From the NCBI RefSeq assembly GCF_036321535.1, contig NC_087436.1, positions 103,852,001-103,916,000 on the forward strand: a DNA stretch of 64,000 nucleotides. Reading direction: 5' to 3'. Origin of the DNA: Camelus dromedarius. Lineage: Eukaryota. The position numbers and the translations under genes are program-made. The notes under the pieces are model-generated. The model ran no database searches, had not been told where the DNA came from, and saw nothing but the letters and a program-made list of their open reading frames with translations. Shown here piece after piece: positions 1-11,808 of the stretch (positions are counted from its first letter, which is position 1; each line of letters starts with the position of its first letter).

Positions 1-446
1 AGTCATTAGTTGGAGAAGGACGCAGCAAACCCGAGTCTATCCGATTTGAAAAACCTTTAGAAAATTATGTGCTAACAACTCCCTCGTTCATTCAAAAAAT
101 ATAATTTGAATTTAATTTTGAATGTGAGACATTTCCAAAGCACAGTGCTGAGCATTACAGGTAAGACAAAAGATAGAGCATCTTACTTCTGCATCCCTTT
201 TATGTGGCTTATAATTTAAATGAATATATCAAATGCATACACTCACCTTATCTGATAGAAATGATTATCACTGGTGTAATGCTGAGAAAACTTAGGTCCA
301 AGAGCATACAGCAGAGAAGGCAGATGCTCAGTTGATGCTACAATTCGACTCTCTGCACCACGTAGAATCTACCAGTTCCCGATTTTTAAGGAGAAGCACA
401 ACTTGAAATATCAAGACAGATACAAGATAGAGAAAACCGAAGTTTG

Positions 447-990
447 TATTATCAAATTGAATCCAACAATACATTAAAAGGATCACATATCATGAACAAG
501 TGGGGTTTATCCCAGGGATGCAAGGATAATTTAATGTCCACAAATCAATCAGTGTGATATAACATGTTAAGATATTGAAGAATAAAAATCATATGATTAT
601 CTCAATAGAAGAACAAGACAAGGATGCCCACTTCTGCCACTTTTATTCAACACAGTATTGGAAGTCCTCACCACAGCAGTCAGACAAGAAATAGAAATGA
701 AAGAAAAAGGAAGAAGTAAAACAATCTCTGTTTGAAGATGACATGGTGCTATATATAGAAAATTCTAAAGATGCCACTGTTGGTGGGAATGTAAAACAGT
801 ATGAAGTTCCCTTAAAAAAACAGAGTTGCCTTATGATCCAGCAGTCTCACACCTCAGTGTATATCTGGAGAAAATGCTAATTCGAGAAGGTACATGCACC
901 CCAATGTTCATAGCAGCACTGTTTACAGTAGCCAAGACATGGAAGCAACCTATATGTCCATTGACAGATGACTGGATAAAGAACATGTGG

Positions 991-1049
<59 letters not shown>

Positions 1050-1406
1050 TACTACTCAGCCATAAAAAAGAATAAAATAACCCCATTTGCAGCATCTTGG
1101 ATGAACCTAGTGATTATCACACTAAGTGAAGTAAGTCAGAGAAAGACAAATATATCACTTACATATGGAACCTGAAATATGATACAAATGAACTTATTTA
1201 CAAAACAGACTCACAGACATAGAAAACAAACTTATGGTTACCAAAGGGGAAAGTTGGGGGAGGGATAAATTTAGGAATTTACAGTCAGCAGATACAAACT
1301 ACTCTATATAAAATAGATAAACAAGGTCTTAGCACAGGGAACTATAGTCAATATCTTACAATAATCTGTAATGAAAAAGAATATTTACATATGTATATCT
1401 GAATCA
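447..1406 (+). mobile_element. LINE-1 fragment (ORF2 RT pieces + 3' end) with multiple internal deletions
   Basis: Encodes RT-motif remnants [11 protein letters not shown] (from 619) and LFEDDM (728-745; consensus LFADDM). These are followed by the ORF2 C-terminus (TCTPMFIAALFTVAKTWKQP) and an L1 3'UTR similar to the other copies in the window. Confidence 0.92.
994..1046. repeat. (CA)n microsatellite inside L1
   Basis: Perfect AC/CA run read directly. Confidence 0.98.
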
Positions 1407-1640
1407 GTGCACAGTCGCGTGCTTGGCACAGTGAGCACTATAAAAAAAAATCTAGAAGGTTTTTTCTTTTTCCTATGGTGCTCACAGGCCAGAGAAGGCA
1501 TGGAGAGTGCACAGACAACCCCAGTAAAGGTCACGGGGGGTTAAGAAACACACGAAGTGCTCTGGAAGCCAGAGGAAGGGTGAAAAGAGCGCTCTTGTAT
1601 TTTCTGTGTGTGCACAGGAGTGCTCACGTGCGCACGCATG

Positions 1641-1664
1641 CACACACACACACACACACACACA
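1641..1664. repeat. (CA)12 microsatellite
   Basis: Direct read. Confidence 0.95.
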
Positions 1665-2540
1665 GCACTTCACCTGGGGTATCCCCATGGCTCTCAGGAT
1701 AATACTCGAGACACCACAGCAAGTCAGCAGAATTATGTGATTCTGTCGCCAGCATCAGTATTGATTTACTTCCTTCCCTAAGAGAAGCTCTATAACCTCC
1801 CAGGGACATAATCCCCCATTTTCTCTGAAGGAAAGTCCCTTTTTGACAGAGGCATGGGGAGAGTCTATTAGCTCCCTGTCGCAAGCCGGGGCTCCAGAAC
1901 AAACATAGACGGCTTAGTTTTCAGCCTTTAGTTCCCGACTAATGAATCTGTAGCCTCAACCTCAGGCTTAAGTTCTTCACTGCTGGTTTAAGGTGACCAG
2001 ATGGCTGAGCCCTTCCCTGAGCGCTCCAGGAGAGAATGCAGTTCTGCTTCCTTGAGGCTTAGATAAAGCGAACTTCTGTGAGTTTCTGTGTTGCTCTTAT
2101 ACTAAGTCAGCAAAATACAGTCCTCTGTTATCTACCCTCTTTCTTGTTCCAGAAGGAAACTCTACTTTGGATCAATAGACACACCCTCTCCTGGATATTA
2201 TCTACTACAAGTCAAAACTCTTGGCCCACTCTCTTCTCTACAGCACTGACCCCATGCCTCATTTAGAGCCCCTTCTACACTCCAACTTTGACTGAGGCTG
2301 TTTACAAATTCCCTATCTCCTCCACCAGACTATCGTTCCCATTTGGGTCCAGTGGAGGCTCCGGAATTTCAGTGGTCGGGGGGTGTAGGGGGTGATAATC
2401 TGATTGGAAAGAGAGGCTGGGGACTTACGTTGAAGTTCTATTTGCGTAGCAAGCACACTGGGTCTACGTCGATTTGGTCTATTTATCTGGAGTTATATGA
2501 AGCTGATTGCATTGCAAGCGCCCAGTTTTAATTCCTGCTC

Positions 2541-3055
2541 TGTAATGGTTAATTTTGTGTCAACTTGGCTGGCCATGGGATGCCCATGGAACAAATTATG
2601 TCTGGATGTCCAGTGAGGGTGTTTCCTGGTGAGATTAGCATTGGAATCTGGACTCAGTAAAGTAGATTGCCCTCACCAATGCAGAGAGGCATCACCCATT
2701 CCATTGAGGGCCTGAACAGAACAAAATGTAGAGGATGGAGGAATTTGCCCTTTTCTGCTTCCTGCCTGCCTACTTGAGCTGGGACACCTCATCGCATCTT
2801 CTCAGCCCTTGAACTGGGATTTAAACCACTGGCTCCCCCAGTTCTCAGGCCTCCAGAATCAAACTGAATTATACCACTGGCTTTCCTGGGTCTCCAGCTT
2901 GAAGACAGCAAATCACGGGACTTCTCAGTCTCCATAATTGCATGAGCCAATTTCTCATAACAAAAATTTTGTATAGGTAGATGATAGACAGACAGAAAGA
3001 TAGCTAGATTGCTACCCTATCAGATTTGTTTCTCTAGAGAACTCAGACTAATACA
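2541..3055 (+). mobile_element. MLT2-type (ERVL) solo LTR, apparently inserted in a MIR remnant
   Basis: Starts TGTAATGGTTAATTTTGTGTCAACTTG and ends GTTTCTCTAGAGAACTCAGACTAATACA, typical MLT2 termini. The flanks (..attcctgctc | ..tagcttggatggctttgggcaagt) join into a MIR-like core. Confidence 0.88.
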
Positions 3056-3599
3056 TCTTGTATGTTTAGCTTGGATGGCTTTGGGCAAGTGGTGAGAATT
3101 AGGGAAACAATTATGCCCCTTACCCAAAGTCACCCTTGGAGCTACCAGTGGCTGAAACTAAGTCCTGTTCATTGTCATATTTCACAGAGCACCTGGCACA
3201 GTCCACGCAGGAGTGGCAACATTTAGCTGTAGAATGACACCTGCGATGGAGGTTTGATCCAGAGAAGGACACAGCAGAGCAAAGCTGGAGAAGGCACAGC
3301 CCCGCATAGCTGGATCTCATGTAGGTTCAGTCCATACTATTACAGCAGGGCAATGCCCAAGACAGCCACTTGGTGGCCGGCAGAAATATTGGAGAAGAAA
3401 AGGAAATCAGCCTAGTGGTAACAGCAATTCCACTGATCCCCAGGAAACACACGACGGGTCACCCTTAGGCAAGCACTCCAAAAATTAAGGTAGAAATGTC
3501 AGTGTTATACCCAGTGGTGGTCAGACAGCAGAGCAAATTTAAGTTCTTCACCTCTCGAGCGCCAAGCTCTGTCCAAAGGCATCTCACCCATTAGCCTGC

Positions 3600-4060
3600 T
3601 GGTGTCTTGATCCGATACCCTTGAGATCTCTAAACAGCAGCTTTACAAGGGTAATTGAAAGGGTATTACTGGCCGTCTATTTACCATCTCTTGATCACCT
3701 AACACCATGGTACCTATTAGGATGAGCTAGTAGGTGCTGTACTAAAGGTGCCTCCGCTGGAAGCTTGGTGGCTGCTTGTCCAACAGGAGACAAACAGAGC
3801 AAGATTTCGTTCAAATCCTCTCATTTTGGACCAATCTTGTGTGCTAATTAATCATGATTACTCCATACAGTAAGCATATTTAAGGAGATTAATCTGCACT
3901 AGCCTCGGGCAGTGTCCTAATTAACAATATGCTGAAGCAGCGTTCTCCTTGTAAGTGTAAATACAGCACTGATGCCATTTGCGAGATAACAATATGACTA
4001 TTAGGCATCCGTGCTAATGGATGCTGTACTGGCATATTAAAAAAGCTTTTTGTCCTTTGA
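3600..4060. promoter_or_regulatory. Candidate enhancer (homeodomain/SOX motif cluster)
   Basis: No recognisable repeat. Motifs: TAATTA 3845, palindromes TAATCATGATTA 3849-3860 and AGATTAATCT 3886-3895, and TAACAATATG twice (3922, 3987). Function is inferred. Confidence 0.4.
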
Positions 4061-4311
4061 CCTCTATGCTTCATTGTCTTGGCTGGACGTCATGTACTGT
4101 CAAGGAATGGCAGAATATGTGCCTCAGCTTCTTGGGATGTCTTAATAAAAAAAAAAATTTTAAAAACATGAGTGTGGCCAGGAAAATATCACAGTCAGGA
4201 AGTCTTAAAGATCAATTATTCATCTGCCTCCACCAGGCCTTAAGATCTGAAATGTCATCATTGGTCCAGAGTTAAGATGGATGTGTAGATAATGTAGCTA
4301 ATACATTTCCT

Positions 4312-4787
4312 TGAGACAGGGAACAACAAATCTGATTCCATATTGGATCTGTTTCTTTCACTTTAACCTTCGTATTCTGTTGCTTGTTAGTCACTAAAGG
4401 GCTGTTGCCTGTAAGTTTAAATTATACATAATGACCCATCTCTGGGAGCCCTGCCTCCCAGGTAATGAGCGTTAAGCTAAACTACCTTTGTTAGCTCACA
4501 AGAAACATCCTGACCAAGCCCATCAGTGAATGAGTGCAGGAAGGAAGAAATTAACCCATCCCTTCTGGAGGCTGACCAGAGCCAGGAAATGTTTGACTTT
4601 ACTCCCTCCCTTTTTAATATAAAAGAAGCCTGAATTCTAACTCAGGGAAGATGGTTCTTTGGGACATTAGTCCACCATCTTCTCATTTGGCTTTCCAAAT
4701 AAAGTCTCTATTCCTTGCCACAACAATTCATCTCTCAGTTTATTGGCCTGTCGTGCAATGAGCAGTATAAGCTTGGACTCAGTGACA
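4312..4787 (+). mobile_element. Intact solo LTR, ERV1-class (MER41-like)
   Basis: TG...CA termini with a perfect 4-bp TSD TCCT (4308-4311 / 4788-4791). TATAAAA at 4618-4624 and AATAAA at 4698-4703. Confidence 0.9.
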
Positions 4788-7700
4788 TCCTTATCTACTT
4801 TGTGTGTTTAATAGGGAAATGACATAGAGGCATTGCTAAGAATGAATGACCACCCACTCCTGTCCATCCAAGCTGCATGCAGCCTTGGCCTTCCTTTAGC
4901 ACTATCCTAACTCCCAAACCTCCCTCTGTGGTTCACCTTCGCTACACCCCAGCAGTTTCTATTTGATCTATGATTCCTTCATCATAGAGAAAGAAGAGGA
5001 AATCAGGGAGTGCAGAAAGTCAGTGTGATCTCTTCACAAATCCGTCTCAGATTTGGCTTCATTTTCCCGCAGCTTCTGACCCTGATTCCATGCAAGAAGG
5101 AATCCTTTGCAAGGATTAAGCTGCAAAAAGGGAATAGGGCTGATAGTGACTTATGATTATTGCTTGTAGGTAAAGGCCAGAACGCTGATAATGGAAGAAA
5201 GCATCTGCCTCCTGATTCCTCCAAATCTAATGGGCAGAATGGATGTGAGATAAAGGAATACATTCCCGGGGCCTCATGTCTGTGGACAGGAAGAGAAGGA
5301 AAGAGAATTAGGCAGAGAAAAAAGTTGGTTTATGCTACCGTCTCAACCAAAGTCTCAGCTGACCCCACACGGAACTCTGGGGATAAGATGGTCCTTCAGA
5401 TCAACGACTGGAAAATTACTGCCCTTCATATTTTAAAAAGATTCTTTATATATGTGTGTACATGTTGTTTTAGGGCAAGTTCCCAGGAAAGCAAATGCTG
5501 AGATGCAGGAAGCTCATTAGGGAGTGGTCTCAGGACCAACAAGGGGGAAAGGATGCGGAAGGAAGCACCATTTTCTAAGCCAATATTATAGATTTATTCA
5601 CAGAAATCTCACGGAAAGCCTAGCAGGTGCCAGGACTATCCACTGAGGATACAAAAGTGAACAAATCTCCCTGAATCCCTGCCATCATGAAGCTTTAGCT
5701 TTACTAGAATTGAACCTATGAACTCTCTTTAAAATATATTTTGCATTCATGAAAATAAAATAATAAAGACATTATTAAATTAGTAATAATGGGTCCTATA
5801 ATATTAATTTTCATTGAACTTTCTTGAAATTTTGGAGAGTTTCTTAAAATTTCTTTGAAGTGCTTGTAAATTCTATTTATTTTTTTCTTTGTCTGGTTCT
5901 CCATTCAAATGGTCAATGCCTTCCTGATTACGTGACTCAGAAGATTCTTTCTACCTCCTCCCTAGATCACATGCCTGTCAAATCTCTCCCACATTTTGGC
6001 TTTCGATTCCTCAGCTCCTGCTCACAGATGTCACCTGAATATCCTTCTGAGTTTGCCGGGCTTCATTTTCCTTTGTCTTCCCCAAGGACTTGCTGCAAAA
6101 ACCTCCATCCTTCCTGTGCCATCTGCTTTACCTCCCCTTTCTGTTCCCAACTCCCAATTTCCTCCCTTTCTGATTATCCCCAGCAGAAGTGACTCACAAT
6201 TCACACAGTTCTGCTTTTCTAGAACCGAAATTTCAAACAGTTACCAAACAGGTGTGCAGAAGTAGATTTAATTCCATTTTAGTGTATTTTCAAGTTAGAG
6301 AAAGATTATCGCTCTTGAATTTAGTTCAAAAAAAATCACAGGCACTAGTATGGAAGTAGTAGTCTTGTTTAATAACTGTTCATGTAAAAGTTATCTATGG
6401 CTATTAGTTTTATACAAGTTTGAGCTAAAAAAATTATAATAGCAGCAGAAATGGAAAAAATAATCTCTCCATCAATAGAAAAAGACATCCAGACCAGGAC
6501 TCAGTCCTCGCGCAGCAGCAGTAGAGGGTGGGGGAAGGATCTTCCTCAATCTCCATCTTCCTAAACCACTCATAGCCAAATAGAATAGCATCAACAAGAT
6601 GGGCTTAAACCAAACTGATTCTCCACCCTAGGCTGGGACCAGAGCTGAGTGAGACAGCATTCCTGAAGCACCTGGTCATGGAGGAGAGTAGAGATTGAAA
6701 ATATGACAGGCTGATAGAAAATATAAGGAAGAATATTTGTTTCCCATGCCTCATGTTTCATTCCATGTTGTAAGGAGCTCCCTGAGGATAAATCTCCTGG
6801 GTCCTCTCTACTCCCAAATCCATTCTCAAAATGATGGGACAGGGAATGGGATGATGTATCTGACTGGTAAGTTTGGGACAATAAACTGGCCGGCAGATTC
6901 TAACACCCCTTCCCCCAACCCCTCCTTGTAATTTGAGAAGCATGCAATCTCCTCTATGCCTTCCTCCTCTATATCTGACAGGAGCAGGACCCCATGCAGG
7001 AAAGTCCTATATTTCAGTAGGGGGATACATTCAATTCAGGGGACAGTCAACTTCTGGTGCAGGAGCCAGGAACACTGGGAAATAGATAAGGTATAACATA
7101 AGGGGCAACAAAGCCTTCATGGACCTGCTGATGCTTCCGATGTTAAAGGGCACCCAACTTGGGGCCTTCGATGTGAGTTGTGCAGACAGAGTGGTATGGT
7201 CTTGTTGGTTCCTAAATGCTTATTTGGATTCACACAACTCTTTCTGTACAGTTGTGCAGTAGGCTTTAACCACTAAGGCCAGACAAGAGGCTCTAAGCCT
7301 CTTGGCAGCACAGATTATTATTGCTCAAGGTGGCCTCTTCCACATGGCAGATTCTACATGGAAATCTAAAGCAAAGTCATCTGGGTCTCATCAAAGGCCT
7401 GGGAGCCATGGACCTCAGAAAGGCAGAGGCCGTCGGGTCCCAGCCAGGAAGGGGGCTCACCCAGCATGGGCCATAAGGGGGTTAGGAAAAGAGAACCCCT
7501 TCCTTCTCCCCTCAGCAAATGCTTGTGTCTTCACCAGGCACAGAGGCTGCCTTAGGATGCAGGTTCCTCATGCTTGACCTTGAACCTTGCCTCAGCTGTC
7601 CCTGAGCAGGCATGATCTTAGGTCAGGCTCCCCAGGAGCAGACCCGAACACCAGGTTTCATGTACAAGCAATTAATGATGACAGTGCTTCCAGGAGACTG

Positions 7701-8039
7701 GTTAGGGATTCCGAGAGGGGAAGAGCCAAGCTAACGGGCCGTTTCAGGCTAGGTCCCAGCCTCAGTCTGAACCCTCAGTGCTGTTCTGGAGTGTAAATTA
7801 TCCCGCAGAATTTGTCCTGGCTCAAAGCAAGGATGCTGGGCAACCACACTCCCCAGCACAAGTATGAAAGTTAGCACTTTTATAGTTCTGTGGGGATGAG
7901 CTGTGTCTCATGGAGGACCTGGCTCAGTTCTATGTAACTTCTGAGACCCATGTTGAAACTCTATTCTACTCAGGCCTTGAAAACTCCTCTGGGTAAAACT
8001 GAACAGAATAAGAAGCTGACAATATGAATTTGGGTGGGA

Positions 8040-8285
8040 TGCAGACATACTAGCTGGATCTCCAGCAGCCCTGTGGTAACCTTGACAATGGAAGCCACAC
8101 ACTAAGGATGGATTGGACAGAAAGACAAAAAAAAAAAGTCTGGAGCTTCATGAAGCTGCTCCACCTGGTATGGACTCCCTAACTTTGGATTTTATTTCAC
8201 AGGATAAAACTAACCCCCAATGCATTTAAACCCTGATAGTCAGCTCTCTCTTCCTAGCCATCAAACAAAATTCCTGCCTAATACA
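8040..8285 (+). mobile_element. Old MaLR (MLT1) LTR 3' fragment
   Basis: atggaagccacacactaaggatgg...cctaataca resembles old MLT1 3' ends. Boundaries approximate. Confidence 0.6.
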
Positions 8286-8444
8286 GCTGATGAACTACTT
8301 AAGGAATTCTTAAATCCAAACTTAACAGAAATGTTAGAAATCAAAATACTGTTTTACATTTTGATTTTGGTGTTTTGGGTGTTCAGGGATTGTTGCATGT
8401 TTAATTCCCAAAATTATGTTCAACATGTTAGGTATATATTCATT

Positions 8445-8650
8445 ATTTCATTCACACATGTATTCACTCATTCCTTTGGCAAATATTTACTGAGCATCTG
8501 GAGCCTGCCAAGAACTGTGCTAGGCTCTGGGGATGTTACACAAACAGGACAGAGTCCCTTCCTCTAAAAAGTGCAGATTTAGGGGGAGAGGCAAAGCAGG
8601 GAGACAGATAATACAGCGCCAAGTGTCAAACATGGTGATAAATGTCTGAA
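8445..8650 (-). mobile_element. LINE-2 3' end
   Basis: tcattc..caaatatttactgagcatct..tgtgctaggctctggggat, the L2 3' signature in reverse. Confidence 0.8.
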
Positions 8651-10519
8651 CAAAGAGGCTGTGGTCTCCCGGAGGAGATGGGTTGTTTCTCTGGTAGCTG
8701 GAGGGAAATATACAAACAGCAGCATCCTCGGCAAAAAGCCACGGAGGGGAAAACCACCATGTCTGTCCTCACTCAGCTCTGAGAGGCTTCCGAGTCATCA
8801 GCTGGGTGTTGCAGCTGCCCCTTCTGTTAGGAAAGGGACTCCAGGAGCGATCACACCTGTACGCACAAACAGTGAATAAGCTGAAGGCTGGAGGTGGGTG
8901 AGGGATGTGTCAGAGCCACCAGCCACACACGATCTTTCCCGTAGCCTCAGCTTCAAGTCCCTTAAAGGAACTGCAGACAATAGTTGTCCTTGAGAAGCCT
9001 TTGTAGTCTCCTTTTTCCTCTGGCTTAGTTTTACTGCGTCACGGTGGTATGGGCTTTTCATTTTTCCCCACGAAGATGCCCTGGGGAAATTTACCCCATA
9101 CGATTAAACTTTACCCTCTAGCCACATTTAAGGTTTTCAAACCCATGGTGAGTTTGTATTCAAATGACAGTACAGTTAGGCCCTATGGTGAAGATTTTTT
9201 TCTGCATCACAGAAAGAATGTTCTTCTCTTGCCATGTTTCCTCTTTAAGTTCTTTGTTGCAAGAACTAGTTGTGGATGGTGAAGGCTGAGAAGTAGACTG
9301 TTGGAATAGACTTACCCAGGATGCAAGGAGGAGAGGAGAGGGAACGAGCCACGCTGTTTTTCCAGCCAGATCTTCTCCCCAGGTGGGTCCACTCCCCAAC
9401 CAGTAGGTGGAAGATGGGCTTGTAGGGGTGCTGGTGGTGGGTCACACCATCCTGGTCACCAGTTAACATCATTGCATCATTACCCGCAAGGAGCAACCAC
9501 ACAGAGACTTCAAGCAGCTCTTTACTCAAACATTTCAGTAATAAAATCCTGATTCTCAGAATAGAGAGGGACAGCAAGGAGCATCGACAGTCATCTCTTT
9601 TATTTTATTAAAACGACGGAGAGCACAGGCTCTCGCACCAATTTTCAGAACGTCCCACTTGGTCATTCCCTGCACCAGCCAGAGCAGACCCCTCCCTAAG
9701 CTCATACTTTCTTTTTTCTTACCCTCCCTACTCCCTCACCCTTTCAGCTCTTCCTCGCCTACTGAAGTCTCCTGCCTTCATTCAAGTGAGGTTGATGGGA
9801 GTCAAAGCAAATGAAACAGCTGCCAGAAGTGAGATGCAAAGGACAGAGAGAATTCAGCAGAAACATGAAATGAGAGCAAGAGGTGAGTGGAAGACAAGGT
9901 AAGTTTCCCAAGAGTATGTTGGGGTATTAGGAGGCAATTTGGGTCTCCCACCCTCTAGGCTACTGGGATTCTGACTAATTTAACTTAATGGAAAAGCAGG
10001 CTGGGGATCTTGAGAATACCCAGGCAATTCACATCAGTGATACTCATAAAACTCACTAAAAAGACTAGTGCTTCTGGTTATGGTGTAGACAGTTGTCAGA
10101 GAGTATCACACCCACTTTAAGCTATTTAAAAAAAGGGCAAAATAAGCTATATGTAATATAATTTTGAAAAAAATGCTAAGAGCTGAAAATTCAAAGAAAT
10201 CTAACTGAACTAAACTTTACACAGTGGAAAGCCCTTCCTCAGAGAAAAGACACCACAGTTGGTTTCATTCCTGGTAGAGCAATGAGAGGGGAGGAATTGG
10301 CAATAGATGAAGATGAAAAGAAACCAGACGAACTTTCTACAAACTTTTAATGGTCATACATGAGCCAAGGTTATGCATTAAAATCCTGAGGGGCCGAGTG
10401 ATGGAATAAGTCTGCATCCATTTGCCAAAACTTCCTCGAGGCCCTTTTCTGAGTACATGAATGTACACACGAAAGTCACAGAGCAGAGCAGGAGACATCC
10501 CCTGTAGGGACAATCTCTG

Positions 10520-10650
10520 TTGTTCATCCCATCCAGTTTTAGGAATGGAAATTCGAGGCTCAGGGAAATGAGATTATTTCCCTAGCATCACACATCTAGG
10601 AAATAACAAAACCAGGATTCAGACACTAGTCATTCCTCTAGTGCTCCTTC
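10520..10650 (-). mobile_element. MIR SINE fragment
   Basis: ggaaattcgaggctcagggaaatg...cacacatctagg...ccaggattcagac, reverse MIR core. Confidence 0.7.
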
Positions 10651-10900
10651 CCCAACATTTTACCTGATACCTGAACCCCTCCATGCCTATAGGAGTGTTA
10701 AATTATTCAAAATTTAACAGAACTAAAATATGAAAATCTATAATCATGGTTGGATATTTTCATACTCAGTATGAAAAGAAAGGAGTACGGTCAGTAAATT
10801 CTAAGTAATTGGCTTAAAATACAACCCAAAACTCAGTAACGGATTGCTTCATAAAAAGTGACTCACTTAAATTACCTGAATAAATCATTTTCCCATCCAT

Positions 10901-11473
10901 CATTGTAGCAGTTTAAGTTAACACAAGCTGCTCTAAAACTAAATGCCACGATCTCAGTGATTTTACTGAAGAGATGTTTGTTTTTCATTCCTGTGAAATC
11001 CAAAACGGTGTTCCTAATTGGTAAGCAATCTTTTCTGCAAATGACGATGCAGTGACCCATCTGCATCAAGCCAGGAAGGAGAAAAAACCTGAAGTATCAC
11101 ACACGGGAAATCTTTAAGGAGCAAATTGATGTGCTTGACATCACAGCCTCCCAAACTGTAACATGCATCGGAATGGCCTGGAGAGCAAGTGTGCAGACTT
11201 CCGGTCCCCGCCCCCAGAGATCCTGATTCAGTACGTCTAGGATGGGGCTCAAGAATCTGCATTTCCAACAAGCTCCCTAGTGACGCTGGCCCTGCTGGTC
11301 TTTGGACCACACACTGAGAAGCACTGGCATGATTACCTCTGCTGATATGTTGTTGGCTAGAACTCAGTATTGTGGCTACACTAAGCTGTGAGGGAGCATG
11401 GTAAATATGATCTAAACATATGCTAAGAAAGAAGACAAAATGGGTTTGATGGACAGCTAGAGTCCCTTCCACA
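10901..11473 (-). mobile_element. Old MLT1 LTR interrupted by MER5A
   Basis: MLT1-like reverse sequence (ttggctagaactcagtattgtggctacactaagctg...ttccaca) on both sides of the MER5A. Confidence 0.65.
11144..11326. mobile_element. MER5A (hAT-Charlie MITE)
   Basis: cccagagatcctgattcagta..aagaatctgcatttccaacaagctccc..ggaccacacactgagaagcactg, typical of MER5A. Confidence 0.85.
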
Positions 11474-11721
11474 TGCCTCTTTTTAAAAACAGTGCTAACT
11501 TCCTATCCAGGCAACCAAGAAACCAGAAAATCAAAAGAGAGAGAGATTTATAATTGAAATTGCAAATCCTTCTCCTGGTCAGTCCTCTACCCAAGTAAGA
11601 TTTCTCATTTAAGGAATCACAGTCAATTAAGAAAAGATCAATGGCTGTATTTTGAAACTCTGTTACTATATCCTAACAAATTGAGGCCAAGAATGAGAAA
11701 GGGAAATAAAAGCCAAGCAAA

Positions 11722-11750
11722 ACATACACACACGCACACGCGTACGTGCA

Positions 11751-11789
<39 letters not shown>

Positions 11790-11808
11790 ACACACACACA
11801 CACACACA
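11722..11808. repeat. Imperfect (CA)n microsatellite
   Basis: Direct read. Confidence 0.95.

Noticed and set aside
826..1175. ORFs with similarity to L1 ORF2 C-terminus (also 20456, 29847, 61079, 61192)
   Set aside because: These are truncated, frameshifted L1 remnants, not functional CDS.
3363..3380. CTCF-like GCCACTTGGTGGCC (also GCGCCACCTGTG near 51501)
   Set aside because: Both deviate at core positions and are too weak to call without a PWM or ChIP data.
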